DNA of 64,000 nucleotides from Tubiluchus corallicola (lineage: Eukaryota > Animalia > Priapulida). The stretch lies in the NCBI GenBank assembly GCA_030141605.1, contig JAQGDQ010000287.1, positions 1-64,000 on the forward strand, read 5' to 3'. A program made the position numbers and the translations under genes. Positions 1 through 13,496 of this stretch are shown one piece after another; position 1 is the stretch's first letter; each line of letters starts with the position of its first letter. The notes under the pieces were generated by a model. The model was given only the letters and a program-made list of their open reading frames with translations. It was not told the origin of the DNA and did not search any database.

Positions 1-615
1 ACAAGAAATAAAGTAATAAGCTTAAAAGGACAAGAAAACACTCTTCATAAATAAAGCTTAAAAATTTGTCTTGAAATTTTGTGTCACTTTTATCCTGTCT
101 TATTGCGTTAGCAGTAATGCTGTGTAAAATTTGTAAATTTAAACTCTTGCGGCAACCATTAAGCGCAGCCATTTTAAGGGTAAGTCACTTGGAACAAGTT
201 TAGATAACATTGCGTCAAGTTTAAAAAATTATCACAGCATTCGTATAACACTGCTCCCTACCTAAGCATAAATTTAAGCTACATTATCAATATAAAATTG
301 CCAATATTGTTAAAGTATTTTCTATATTGTCAATAAGATTAAAGATATGTTTTTTGGTGAATCAGTGGTGCACATTGGGATGGTGAAACAGTGATGTTTT
401 AAATATATTAAATTATCAAAAATTTTCTTTTCCAATTACATAAGTTCTTCAAACAAGTAAGTATAAAGCTAAGTAACATAACTTTGTACATAGAAAATGC
501 TTTACAATTCCCTTTCCTTTCCCCATAAAAAACATCATACACTTTAGCTTTTTGTAATAAGGCACTTGCAAAAAAAACAACTGGATATTCATTACGGATC
601 AAGTAGCAAATAAAA

Positions 616-1112
616 CCAAATTGACAGCATGTCAGAATTGCCAGACTGCCAAATTGACGGCATGTTGGAATTGCCAGACTGCCAAATTGACGGCATGTTG
701 GAATTGCCAGACTGCCAAATTGACGGCATGTTGGAATTGCCAGACTGCCAAATTGACGGTATGTCGGAATTGCCAGACTGCTAATTGACGGCATGTCGGA
801 ATTGCCAGACTGCCAAATTGACGGCATGTCAGAATTGCCAGACTGCCAAATTGACGGCATGTTGGAATTGCCAGACTGCCAAATTGACGGTATGTCGGAA
901 TTGCCAGACTGCCAAATTGACGGCATGTTGGAATTGCCAGACTGCCAAATTGACGGTATGTCAGAATTGCCAGACTGCTAATTGATGGCATGTCGGAATT
1001 GCCAGACTGCTAAATTGATGGCATGTCAGAATTGCCAGACTGCCAAATTGATGGCATGTCGGAATCGCCAGACTGCCAAATTGACGGCATGTCAGAACTC
1101 CCAGACTGCTAA
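616..1112. repeat. 33-bp tandem minisatellite, about 15 copies
   Basis: Unit CCAAATTGACGGCATGTYGGAATTGCCAGACTG repeated head-to-tail with no spacers; it generates the repetitive ORFs at 408-991. Confidence 0.95.
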
Positions 1113-2220
1113 ACGACAATGTCTCAATAAAACTGATGTTTGCAACTAATAATTAGTTGAACATGTTTGTTTTCATTCTGCTACTATTTATTACTAACAA
1201 GATATTTTCATGTTGCCAAATGCATCAGCCAAACAATAAATGAAGCAGCTAAAAACAACAAAACCAAAATCAACTTGCACAAGTTCAAAAGGCAAAGTAA
1301 ATTATAGACATTCACAAATTACAGGCACTTATAACGAATGCGTATAGGAAATTTCTGCTTTATAGTTTTTAAAAATAAGAAAAAATGATCAAATTGTAAA
1401 AACACGATTAACTACCTAAGCACATAAAATATAATTTAACCTAAATAATAAACTAAAATATAGCTACTTACAAAAAAGTATATTGTAATTGCACTTACAT
1501 TATAAAATACATAAATAAGTTTACACAACAAAGATTAACATTTCCCAATGAATATTACAATTTACATCTATTTTACTAAACATGCATAAATTAACCAAGC
1601 ACTAAAACTAATGAATTATTCAAACAATGTGCCAGATAAATCTGCAAAACATCTTATTCAATATTATTTCTATTTTGCCAAAGCCACATTCATTATACAA
1701 TACTTACATTTACACGAACAGTCCAGCTTATAATTCAGCTTGAATCAAAAGATTAAAAACTAAATTTATAATACTGTATTCATAAACCTTGCACAACTTT
1801 TGTTGAAAGTTTTAGTGTGCCCACTGCATAAGTGCTTGTAGACGTAGCGTGCTCTGTGCTGAAGCTTATCAGATAAGAGAACAAACAGACGTCTCAAAAA
1901 CGTGACTACTTAGTGTAGAATCCTGGTTAATGTTAAATTTACACTTCTTATTAAGCAGATGACATATTTTTCTGGACCAAATATAGAATACACAGCATTT
2001 TTTCTAACTACACAGTTTTTAAATACTTGGATATAGAAAATTCCACGACTTCTGAACAATTCAACATGGCTGACTAATGCAAGGTAAATTTTAATAATTA
2101 TTTCTATGGCAGTTAACAGGTTTTTAACATCATTCATGGTTGTTGTTCAACTTCTTTGTGGTAGAAGTGATTTGGCACTTTTTTAATTAACTAATTTCAT
2201 GTAGTAAACTACGTAATTAC

Positions 2221-2443
2221 ACTAGTAATCATTAGGGCTTTAGCAATACACCTAGGTCATGATACGATATATATCACAATAATATATATGTATGTAAATA
2301 TACTAGTAATTATTAGGGCTTTAGCGATACACCTAGGTCACGATACGATATATATCACAATAATATGTATGTATGTAAATATACTAGTAATTATTAGGGC
2401 TTTAGCGATACACCTAGGTCACGATACGATATATATCACGATA
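2221..2443. repeat. 81-bp tandem triplication covering a transposon left end
   Basis: ACTAGTAAT(C/T)ATTAGGGCTTTAGC(A/G)ATACACCTAGGTCA... starts at 2221, 2302 and 2383. Confidence 0.9.
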
Positions 2444-3417
2444 CTGTCTTCACAATACAATATATATCATGATACACTTGAGTTAATGTTTGCAGGCTTT
2501 ATAAACACTAGATGAACATGCTAATAACAAATGCTAAAGATATTTTATCAATCAACACTTTTAGGATTCCTAAATGATAAAACAGCTTGATTTATTACTT
2601 GTGTAATGTGTAGGCTTAATGTTTGCATCATAAGCACCAGAAAAGCAAATATATCGATATTTTCGGTTTAAAAGTTGCTTGTGCATTTTCTGATTCAGGT
2701 TTGCCATTTCACAAGTTTATATGTAAATAGCGTAATTAATACTACAGATTAAACGCCTTGCATTTTTAACTGCTTTGGCTGCTATCAGTGCCTGTGTCAA
2801 AACAACAACTGCTCACTGCACTGATTGACAGGTATCTACAGTACACTCCATAGCTACAGCCTAAATTGCACTCATATCTCGGTTTGCGGGACAAAAGAGG
2901 AGAAACATCAGTCCAAATTTGCCGGCTGTCTGTATTTACTGATACTAAACTAATACAATATGCGACATGTATTAGACTCACGGTAATGTAGAATCAATCG
3001 CTTAATTGTCTCATAAACGTCTAGTACGGGCCGCTTCTATGCAAAAGTATATAAAAACTGTCTGCAATTGTCTCAAATAACTCGGCATAACTGACTCTTA
3101 AATTTGCTGATTAAACACTTAAATATGCTGACATACAAGCTACACACATGTCGTTACACACTGCTCGGATGTACACAAAGTGACAGCCCACCAAAGCGGT
3201 CAACTCGCGAAACTGTGTCCGTAGTATGCGTGACTTTTTAACGGTCCAGATTTAGTCCGATTCTTCCGATATCCATAAAAGCGAGGTCCGGCAAACCAGA
3301 TATGAGTGCACATGCTAATTTGCTAAATATCATTGACTCAGATTATCACGATAAGGGTGCGTTTTGGTGACATGCATATAGTAATAAAAGATATCACAAG
3401 GGCCCGTCACAAGCCTA
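2395..3417. mobile_element. Degenerate non-autonomous hAT-like DNA transposon
   Basis: Left end TAGGGCTTTAGCGATAC with CGATA-rich subterminal repeats; right end ...TATCACGATA...CGTCACAAGCCTA. The TSD is not clean. Confidence 0.45.
2869..3098. mobile_element. Partial copy of the MITE at 16764-17184, inverted
   Basis: The reverse complement aligns by eye to 16953-17184 (shared GCGGCCCGTACTAGACGT, GAGACAATTA, CCGTGAGTCTAATACA). Confidence 0.8.
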
Positions 3418-5331
3418 CTCATTATAGTTGTTTTCATTGGATTATTTTTTCTCCATTTCATTTCTATCTTCACTAGATTGCGACCGATTTTTGCTTATTT
3501 AGTTTTACACTCTTTCATTTGTTTTGTCCTTAAATTGTCTATCAAATTTGCAAAGTGTTGTTTACTGTTTTCTAATTTTGTTTTACACAATATTTTGTCA
3601 ACCACTTTATATAGCATGCACTTAAATTTTTTCAAAGGACTACATATTTTCACCAACTGCTTTTTTGTCGCTAGAAATCTTTCTATTAACCTTAACTACA
3701 AATGTGGCTGATTCAGTGCTTTTAGTGCCACCCTTTCTCCAAACTAATATTATTTTTTCTCCCAGAGTGTTAGCTCAGGTCTTACAAAAAATCTGGTTAC
3801 TCAGTCAGCCATTTACTCTGTTTGTCGCATTTTTCCAATTTTTTAACTCCAAATGAGCTGAAATAACTCCAAGTGATTGCCCAATTAAGTTGAAGTTAGT
3901 GTGATAATTAGATAAGATGTCTTCAGTTCAAGGCAAAAATTGTCCTAATTCATTAGTTAATTATTTATGCTTTGTTAATTACAGTTGATCTACAAGAGTA
4001 TCCAAAAGTATCTGCAAGACTTTAAACATACGTGGCAGTGGTAACGAACTAAACAGTTATGTTTTTCCCTTACGTTAAGTATAAGCCTATAAGCTGATGG
4101 TTAACCTGTGGCTATCTTTCTTGGAGAAACTAAGAATTTTCATACTCATGCCCGCATCTCAGTCATACAAGCTCAGAACAAAATTAAAGATCCGAAACAT
4201 TTTGGTACTTCGTAGCAAAAAAGTTGAAATTTATTGAAAAAATAAGAATTCAGCCGTGGTAACCGATTTGACTTTAATAACTTACCAAACAAAACACATT
4301 CATCGTCATCCATCGCCTGATTTTCCAGTCCCAATCAGCAGAGCAAAGTAGCATGGGAAATCTTCAAAATCACTGATACTAACAAAACTTCGAAATCATT
4401 GATTTGTCGTGACCTCGCCATTCATTGATTGTAAAGATGTGATAAACTAGAAGCACTTTCTGATATTTGTATCGATGGCTTATCACTAGTCTATAAAAAC
4501 TGTAGCAAATATTGTGCACTGTCAGTACTATAAGAGTCATCTCTGTATTGACTTCCAACAGGAAATTGACACAAAAATGACGCACAGTTAGAGAATTTAT
4601 ACTACTCATAATGCTTTGAAACAGCAGTGTCAAAATGAGCCAGCTATACTTCCCTAAAAATTGCCAGTAACTATGCACTATGTAAGCGGTCGTCCATTTA
4701 AGAAACTTGTACAATTTGTTACCAAAGCTAATCTTTTCAGTTTCATTTTTTCTAGTACGATTAAATTTTGACTACACTACATATTCGTGCCATGTCAATG
4801 TCATAGTGACCCTTAGTGGCCTATCTTTTTGATACTAGTTGTTTAACAGGCTTGTCAAAAGAGTTTCGAATAATTAAAAAACAGTTATCGTAGGTATCAG
4901 CTTTTTTCATTGTGAAGTAATGTAAAAACTAATGAAAATCAAAATGCGTATATCATTAATTTGGCAATGCATTTAAATTTCTGAACCAGCTTACGTCAAG
5001 CTTAATAGTAGTGTGCACACGACACGTACCCTACAGACATTGTTGCCCTATCAGGTATGACAACAGACATGACAAAATCTAAAAGAAAATCTATAGCATA
5101 AGACAACCGTTGTTTAGAGCAATCATAAATATTTAAACCTCGCTAATAGTTACAATGATACACACAGTAGGGTTTATTTGAATGTTATTAACCACTAGCA
5201 TACGTTAAACGTGTGTAGCAGTGTTAACAAACTAGAAGAGTTGTGCATAATCTTTCCCTTATACTAAGTGTACCAGCTTTTGGTTAGCTGTGAACGTCTT
5301 TTTGGAGAAATTTTTAAGAATTTTCATAGTT

Positions 5332-8300
5332 ATGCCTGCATCTATTTTTGCTATGCTGGTGGCATTCTCCATTGTTTTATCGGCAAATGTGTATTGTTCA
5401 AAAGAAGTCGTAAATTACGTCCAACACGGGGCAGATGCTCTAGCTAAAATAGGAACTATACGCACACAAAGTTCTTTGCGCAGTAAACTACACTGTGCAA
5501 TAGCTTGTACCCAAGATGACTTATGCAACGCTGTTCAAGATATTAAAATAGGTGAAGGAAACCATGAATGTCATTTGTTGACAGCTACACCCAAAAGTTG
5601 TACTGATGCTGATGTTCTGACAACAGCTGGAATTTCATTTTATGCAGAAGAACAGGTATAGTGTCCTGTGTTAGCAATATAATTTCATTTAAGTAACGAA
5701 TACATTATAAATTCAAGCTATTGCAACAAACACCATCTTGATCTAGGACATGAATTTCAGAGAAATTGCTTGTCAAAGAATGATTATAATTAAATTAAAA
5801 GTTGAGTGGTCAAGATGTGTGGTATGAATCTTAAGCTGTGTCAAATTTTATTAAGTAAATAGATGAATGACCACTGGAATGAGCTCTTGGACGGTTTCAT
5901 CTACCATTGATCACCTTAGGTTATTTCTCTTGTTCAGGGCAGAGGTATTCACGTCAGAGTGGAGTTAAGACACTCAGCTCAGTGCCTCGGCATTCTGTGC
6001 GTCATATTGCACATTATTCTTGATAATGACAGCTAGAGTTCGGTGCTGTAACAACCATTTAACATTAGCAATAGGCTCTGTCAGTGAGTGCACGTTTGTA
6101 GTGTGCCAGAGTCTAGCTGTCAGACTGCAGAAAAATATTTCACTGAACCATCTACCTCTACAGCATGAATCACCATTATTCATTACTTATAGCAGCATGT
6201 TTACATTAAACGACGGGTTATAAATAATTAGTTATGATTGACTTTTGTGTATTGATAGCTTCACAAAACAAGTAAGTACAATTGCCATCAATTGCAAGAC
6301 CACACTGGACATTACAAAAGGTAGCCATCATATATTGACTGTTGCTTAGTGACAATTGTAGCACAGTCTTGCTTGCTGACACAAATAGAAAGGTTCCAGC
6401 TACCAAAGTGAAAGGTAACTTGGCGATCTATTAAAGATGCAGAAAGTGGCTAGCTACCCATCTGAAAGGTAACTTGACGATCTATTAAAGATGTAGAACT
6501 AATGCAGAAAGTGGCTAACTACACAGGTGAAAGGTAACTTGACAATTTATTAAGGAGGCAGAACTAAGACAGAAAAGGGCTAGCTATCCAGGTGAAAGGT
6601 AACTTGACGATCTATTAAAGACATAGAACTCAGAGAGTACGGATAAGTTTAGCACCATAAATTAGCCTTCATAACATTAGCACTATTCACACAATGGGAA
6701 AGACATGGTTATCGTTTGGGATGCGTCCTGGATATCCTTAATCTCATTCACACTTTTACAAATTTTGTCAGCTTACACTCATGTTTACACAACATGTAGG
6801 TATATGAAAACTTGTTTTGACTCTGTTATTAAACACACATAAGGCATAAGTCACAAAATTCACATGGCACATTTGCAATAGTTTCGTGTACAATATATGG
6901 TGGAAGGGCCTACAATGAACATAATACAAATAAGTTTTTATTGTTTCTGCACAAGAAAGTCTCACACTATGTTTGCTTATATACAAATGTAAAATGTTGT
7001 GGGCAGTAAAAAAGCAGGGCTTGTTACATTGTCACACACCGTGAAAGAAAAAAAGTAATGAAAATAAGCTGGAAATTTGAACTGAATCGTATGACCACGA
7101 AAACATTTAGTGCTTCACAATGGAATGAAGCTCATTATGAGAACTGTCAGGGAGTCTTTTATTCTTTAATTCTTTCATTATATTTGTATGGAACCAGAGC
7201 ACGTGACGGAACTGTGCGCTTCACAGGCCCAGGGCAGTGCAGTTACAACTCCAGGAACGTGTGTTTGGCTGTTGTGCGCATGCGGCCGTTCGCAGACGCT
7301 ACTCTCTAGGTAAAGACAGCACGGTCGCTCACACAGTGTATGTCGTAAGTTGTCACGTGCCTGAAAACCGTGTACCGGTATATTCTCGATAAAGTGTAGA
7401 ATTAGATTTTGAAACAGAAATAAGTTCTGTGACTGTAAATGAACGTCAGTAGCTCAAGTTTTCACAGTTGTCTCTCTCTGAGACAGTTGCAGTTAAAGGC
7501 CTTTAAACAAAATTACATGTGTTTGTTTCATTTTATACTAAAACAATGGCTAAAAATTTTCTGAAGCAGCACCCCACTAATTTAACAATGAGGCGCCACT
7601 GCAGGAAAAATTTACTACCTGTGGTGGCTTTTCAATCTGGCAGGGTGTGCAGTTAAAGCACTTTCTGTCTAGCGTAAACACTGAGTACGCAATAAGCAGG
7701 GTTAAAATTAATTTGCCTCGGACGTCTGATTGGATTATTGCACAATATCTTGCAACTCTGTCTGCAAAACTCTTTGAATATGGATTTCTTGGTGGCTGCT
7801 GTATAGCTGTCACCATCTTAGCCAATTCAAACTCAGAATGGGTGTGAACAGATAATACAGTAAGTGTTTAACACAGTCCATAGAACCCAAGAAATAACAT
7901 AAAAACATTACACAAGAAAATAAATACATGCATAAAAATTACCGAGTATATGTTTTTGTGTTAATTAGTATAATTATTGTCTATTATGTATTGGATATGA
8001 ACATTGTTTGAATAAAAGTGTTAAATAAATCAGTGTGTGGTTGGTGGAGAAGATTATTTGTGCAGCAAAGCTTAACCCACCACCATATTTGATGGTGAAC
8101 AAGAGTAAGTGTTGTGCTCTTGTAGGCCTCTTAAAGAGGCCCAATAAGATATTAACAAGTTACCACCCTTTAATAGTTTTAATAGTTTACTTCTATCCTG
8201 TCCTATGTAAGTCAATTAATATTTGGCATGCCTGTAATAAGATTATGACTCCTGTAGGCAATAACTTGTCATACAGATATTGTCAACACTAGTGGCAGAA

Positions 8301-10822
8301 TCACAGTGAAACTGATGGAGGACAATCACAATGAAGGACAGTCACGTAGATTTGTTACATTGTGTCAAAGTGTAGTTACCTCATTTGATTACGTTTGACT
8401 AAGCCGTTTATTGCAGCTTACGTTTTTCTAATATTTCAGGTGAGCACTGCCATTACAGAACAAATTGGGGTAGCTAATGGTGAGTTTCATGAAGCAGTTT
8501 TCGATACCTGTTAAGCTGTAAAAGATATTTGTTACTCAAACATCTACTCAATGAAAGAACTACATTCGAACACATTGTGTCACTGACAAAATTATTTTAT
8601 CTGATTTATCTCACTTTTTTTTATAGGAATATGTTACGAAACGTTTGAGGTAACTTTTCCGTCATATGAAGTGACTCACTACTTCTTAAAGGATGCAGGA
8701 TTTCCAGTGGCTGTCACTTCATTTACATTTGTGGGATGGATAAAACCTGACACAGTAATAACAAGTAATCTTCGGTTCTTATGGGCATATGGTGAAGAAA
8801 GCTATGATTTTGGGCTGGCTGTTAATGGACAATCTAATACACAAATCCATTTAGGGGTGAACGGTTTAAACAAGTAAGTCACAAATATTTTAATTTAGGA
8901 ATGACATGGGTTCTTTTAACAGGTTTCTAGGTCTTTTAATTGTTGGTAATGAAAATGAGAATAATTACAGCAGCATTAATTCTATTGAAATGAAATTTAA
9001 TATGGCTACAGACCATGTGAGAAAGCATATTTTGGTCAAGAGATCAAAGAGCTCAATGCTTTACATCATTGTAATTTTAATGTTTTTGGTGTACCGAGTG
9101 GACTAAATTGGAGCAAATTATTGACCTAACAGCAGTTCAATAGAATCCAATTCTTGTATAATGTAGGAAGTAGGTGCAGTGTTTGCTTTGTGAAAATTTG
9201 AGAGCTTGGGCCGAAGTGGTCAAGGTCACTCGCGCCAAAGTTGACAATGAGTCTACTCTGAGAAGAATAACTAAAACACTGTAAGAAAATATCCAAAAAA
9301 TGCAGTGATTCGGGGTCATGGTAGCGGTTAGAAATCACCAAAAAGTCAATGGAAAATTTCTAGAAAATTTACGTGAATGCAGAATTCAGAAGTGGCACAA
9401 AATAGTAGTGAATCGGCAAGCTTATTTTGTTGACTGACATTATGACCATAGAAGTCACACTTGGAAAATTACAATGGGTTTCAAGGCATTCCATCTGAAT
9501 GTATAGAGATGAGAATCCTGATAATCCTGATAAGTCCCGAGTCATAATGGAGACCATTGGTCATTGAAAGTTCATCATCCTAATGCATATAAAAAAACAA
9601 AGTTCACGGGCTCAAGGTAGCAGCAGCGACTTGAGTTGGCAGGCTGATTTTGCTCACTGTTTGGCCACCTAAGAAGGAAGACACTCAGACAACACGCCAC
9701 AGATGATCTGAGTCCATAAATATTGTTCTAGGACGGTATATTATAATATACTAATCTTCTTCTTCTTCCCAGCTTTTCCCTATGCGGGGTCGCCGTTGTG
9801 AATGAGTCTTCTCCATGCATTCCTGTTGTTGACCATCTCTTCATTTATGTTCTTCTCTCTAGGGTCTCCATTAATACATTCAATCCGTCTCCATTTGGGT
9901 CGTCCTCTTCTATTTCCCAGCACTTCCATTTCCATGACCTCTCTTCCCACATGATCTTCACCGACTCTTCTTTTTAGGTGTCCATACCATCGCAATCTTG
10001 CGAGGCTTCCACTACTTTTACTGTTCCTCTGATATTGTTATTTCTTATTTTATCGCTTCTTGTTATTCCCACCATCCAGCTCAACATCCTCATCTCCACC
10101 ACATCAATTTTCTTCTCTTCGGTCTTCTTTAGAGAAGCTGCTTCCAGCCCATAGATTAGAGCGGGTCTGACCACTTCTTTGTGGAGACTCATTCATAGAA
10201 GGTTATGGCACAGTTTTACAGGCGGATGCCCTTCCTGACCCTAACCCTCCCTATTTATCCGGGCTTGGGACCGGCACTGAGTTGGGCTGGCTTGACCCCC
10301 CCCCCCCCCCGCCAGTGGCTAGGTTATTATTATAATATACTAATAAGCATGCTAATTTAGAACACACCAGCTAACTTCAGGAAAAGGCTTAAGCGATTTT
10401 CATCTTTATATTCCAGTTTTATGCCACAATATTACAACTCGTTGATTGATGGGCAGTGGCACTTTATTGGGTTTACCTGGTCTAATGTAGATGGTAAAAT
10501 CAGGTATTATGTTGATGGGTCGGAAATTGGTACCGACACGCAACTACAAGGATATGCCATACCTGCTGGAGGGCCACTGGTTTTTGGACAAGAAATGGAT
10601 TACGTTGGAGGAAACTTTAATTTCGATTCTTACCAAAGCTACAAGGGCGATATTGCAGGATTCAATTTCTATGATTATGTTCTCACCCCACAACAAATTC
10701 AGGACTTATCTCGTAATTGTTACTATAGCAATGGTAACTTGTTGGCTTGGAGTGAAACCAGGCAAGGTCTCCATGGCAACGCTGTGATTAATAGCGCAGC
10801 ACCATCATGTACAGGATTGTAA
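5332..10822 (+). CDS. Secreted PAN/apple + pentraxin (LamG-like) domain protein, about 338 aa, 4 exons
   Basis: Exons 5332-5655, 8440-8479, 8627-8873, 10417-10822; all GT-AG, phases 0/1/2 join in frame. Signal peptide MPASIFAMLVAFSIVLSA; PAN-like HCAIAC..C..CHL; pentraxin motifs FTFVGW, DGQWHFIGFTW, YVDG, LVFGQEMD, GNLLAW. Confidence 0.85.
6388..6630. repeat. Degenerate tandem repeat of 54-65 bp, 4 copies
   Basis: Core TGAAAGGTAACTTGRCRATYTATTAARG recurs four times in intron 1 of the pentraxin gene. Confidence 0.85.
9756..10327 (-). mobile_element. Non-autonomous bipartite RTE-clade non-LTR retroelement with 17-bp TSD
   Basis: TSD TATTATAATATACTAAT at 9739-9755 and 10328-10344; (GAA)n 3' tail; RT C-terminal motifs VVRPALIYGLE, EMRML, RWYGHLKRR, RGRPKWR (one frameshift); 5' part CAGTGCCGGTCCCAAGCCCGGATAAA resembles an RTE 5'UTR. 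Confidence 0.88.
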
Positions 10823-12020
10823 AATTTTGTACAATATTGAAGATAAGTTACTGGCTTGAAGTAGTCAATAAGTCAGCATGGGAACACAATAACAAGCAGT
10901 ACAGTACCACCTTGTACTGCATTGCAAAGATATGTTATAGCACTATAATTATACTTTTTTGTTAGCACAATAATTAGTGTTGTTTGAATTGAACCATGTG
11001 CACATTATTGTTTCCATAATTAGTCTTAATAATCAAAAGAAGACTAGTACATTTGATGCTGCTTTTCAATTATCTCCATATGCATTCTGATAAATGACGT
11101 GTTTATTTTGCATTTGTACAAAAATAACTAACTTTAATAATTATCTTTTCAAGCATGTAAAACGACAGTACATTTGACATACAGTAGTACATCTGTTTTC
11201 GACCATAATTCGTTCCTAAAGTGTTTGAAAACCGATTTGTTTGAGTACCAAATCATTTATTCTCATAAGGAATAATGTAAAAGCAAATAATCCATTCTCC
11301 AGCACCAAATGAACTGTAAAGTATTACTAAAACGAAATATAATAATGCAAAAATGTTTATTCAAACAGTAGATATGATATAATTGATAAGAAAAACATAA
11401 TAAAATTACTTTGAAAGAAAAACATAATTGTTCTTGCATGAAAAAGCGGAGAAAAATAAGCGTAGAAAGCACTTAGCGATATTAGGCAATTCAAATGTTG
11501 TGCGTGACTACTCAGGCACGGCCGATTACGCTCAGCTCTACTCGGCTCGCCGCGCATGTGTTCATGACGTGTTTCGCGGTTGGTCGAGTACCGAAATTCT
11601 GGTCGAGAGCGGAGACAAATTCAGCTCGAATTTTCTGGTCGAAAACCGATTTGTACGAGTACGGAGACGTTCGACAACGGAGGTATGACTGTATTAGTTT
11701 GGTGATAAAATGAAAAACAACAGAGGAACCAAAAGCAACTTAAAATCAAACTAAGTATTTAGCTCTGATTTCTGAAAATAATTATGAAAATTTATTTTAA
11801 AAAATTCAGCAATGTTTTAATGAATAATAAATGAATCATTCACGTCTAGACAATCATTTTAACTGGTTTATGTGTAAATATTATTCAAGCTATTTTAATA
11901 GATTTGGCATCCATTATTGAAAATATCAATAAAACACAGATGGAATCACGAATGAATTAATGAGAAATGCTGCTTTTATTTTATAAATAAAACAATTATT
12001 TGCAGCTCATGCGTTGCTTT

Positions 12021-12143
12021 GGGAAATCTTGAAGCAAAAATTATGCAGAATAACCCCAACAGACTATAGAAAAGTGTATGATGCACTTTTCTATATATTT
12101 TGTTGGGGTTACTGGGTATCATTTCTGTATTTCAAGATTTCCC
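12021..12143. mobile_element. Imperfect foldback hairpin / probable MITE
   Basis: GGGAAATCTTGAA..TAACCCCAACA..TATAGAAAAGTG is mirrored by CACTTTTCTATA..TGTTGGGGTTA..TTCAAGATTTCCC. Confidence 0.7.
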
Positions 12144-13016
12144 CTTACGTTCACACTAGGCTGACGAAGCAACTCGTGTAATGTATTGAGAAATATCTGA
12201 AATATCTGCCTATAATCTGTGTTTTATTAATATACATGTTAGAGTCACTAGATTCTAGAACTGCTAAGTGCTGCATGTTATATGTTGGAAGCAACCCCAA
12301 GAATGTGCCTTCATAAGACAGATCATCACTACTTGAATCACTATAGAATAATGCTTTTGTTAGTTTCTATGAACTAGTGAACTAGAAAAGCATCATGCTC
12401 AATTTGTTGTCTCTCAACAAAGTCTTCTTGTGTGAAAGAAAACCGTGTCTAAATCCATCCAAAAATCCAAAGTAGCAGATTCCTAATAGCTGCGGCACTA
12501 CTTCCGGGTAGAAATAAGCAAACTGGCCCTAAAAGTTAGTTACACCCGAACCTCTCTGTACCTCCCCACCCCTTTTAACGCCGGATTTTGGAACAGCTGT
12601 ATTCAAACGTACTCAAATATATCAAGACACCTTGTTATAATGCCAAACACCAATTTTTTTAGCTGTCCCAAAGCTATAAAGAAGTTTGACGGCATTTTAA
12701 AATTGTCTGACATTTTCATGTTATCATACATGCAAACATAACTTTCTATAAGTTCATAAATTTTAAGAGCAATGCAGTCCTAAAAGAATAATGTAGCAAT
12801 TGCATGTGGTGGAGGCATTCACATTCGCCTGGTAATGAAGCGCTACAAACTGCACATTAATCTAAATCAAAATATGCTGGGTACCGCACTTACTTGTATT
12901 CAACTTAGCTTATCGTAGCGAAAAAGTCTTAAAATGTACATTTAACATCATCAACGGACCTACAATTTTACATTCTCTAGCAAAATAACCATGTTAGCCT
13001 GCACCACATGATTGTA

Positions 13017-13201
13017 TAGTCAAACCTCTTTATACCGCCTATTTAGGATTACAAAAAAGTTGGCATTAAGCAAGATTGGCATTATAACGAGGTGCATTAA
13101 TAGATACATATATATGCAAATATAGGCATTTTGTTTTGCTAAAAATTTGGGCTTTAAACAAGGCTGGCATTATAAATGGGGCATTATAATGAGTTTGACA
13201 G
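13017..13201. mobile_element. Tc1/mariner-pogo-type MITE (TA-flanked), copy 1
   Basis: TA|TAGTCAAAC...GTTTGACAG|TA; homologous to 53716-53911. Confidence 0.7.
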
Positions 13202-13496
13202 TAATTTATTATCTTATCTTAATGTGCCTCAAGGTTTACTGATGATAGCAAAAATGATAAAAATTTAAATTTAAACTGACTCGAAGATGAGGACTGCAAA
13301 TTGACAGTGTTCTGCACCTCTGTACTTCTTTCCACGCAACAGTCACAGACGGAATGATAAAAAGGATAGCTCTTAAACTGAAGAAGTTCTGCACTTTTGC
13401 ACTTGTTTCGGTAAAACAAACACAAAGAAGAACATCAAGTAGGTTTTGCAGGTCCTTCTGTTTTGGGTTTTTGTAGCTGTAGGCTTCTAAAGGCAA

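Noticed and set aside
616-1112. CRISPR-like 33-bp repeats and the ORFs over them
   Set aside because: The units are contiguous with no unique spacers, there are no cas genes and the context is eukaryotic; the ORFs are by-products of the 33-bp period.
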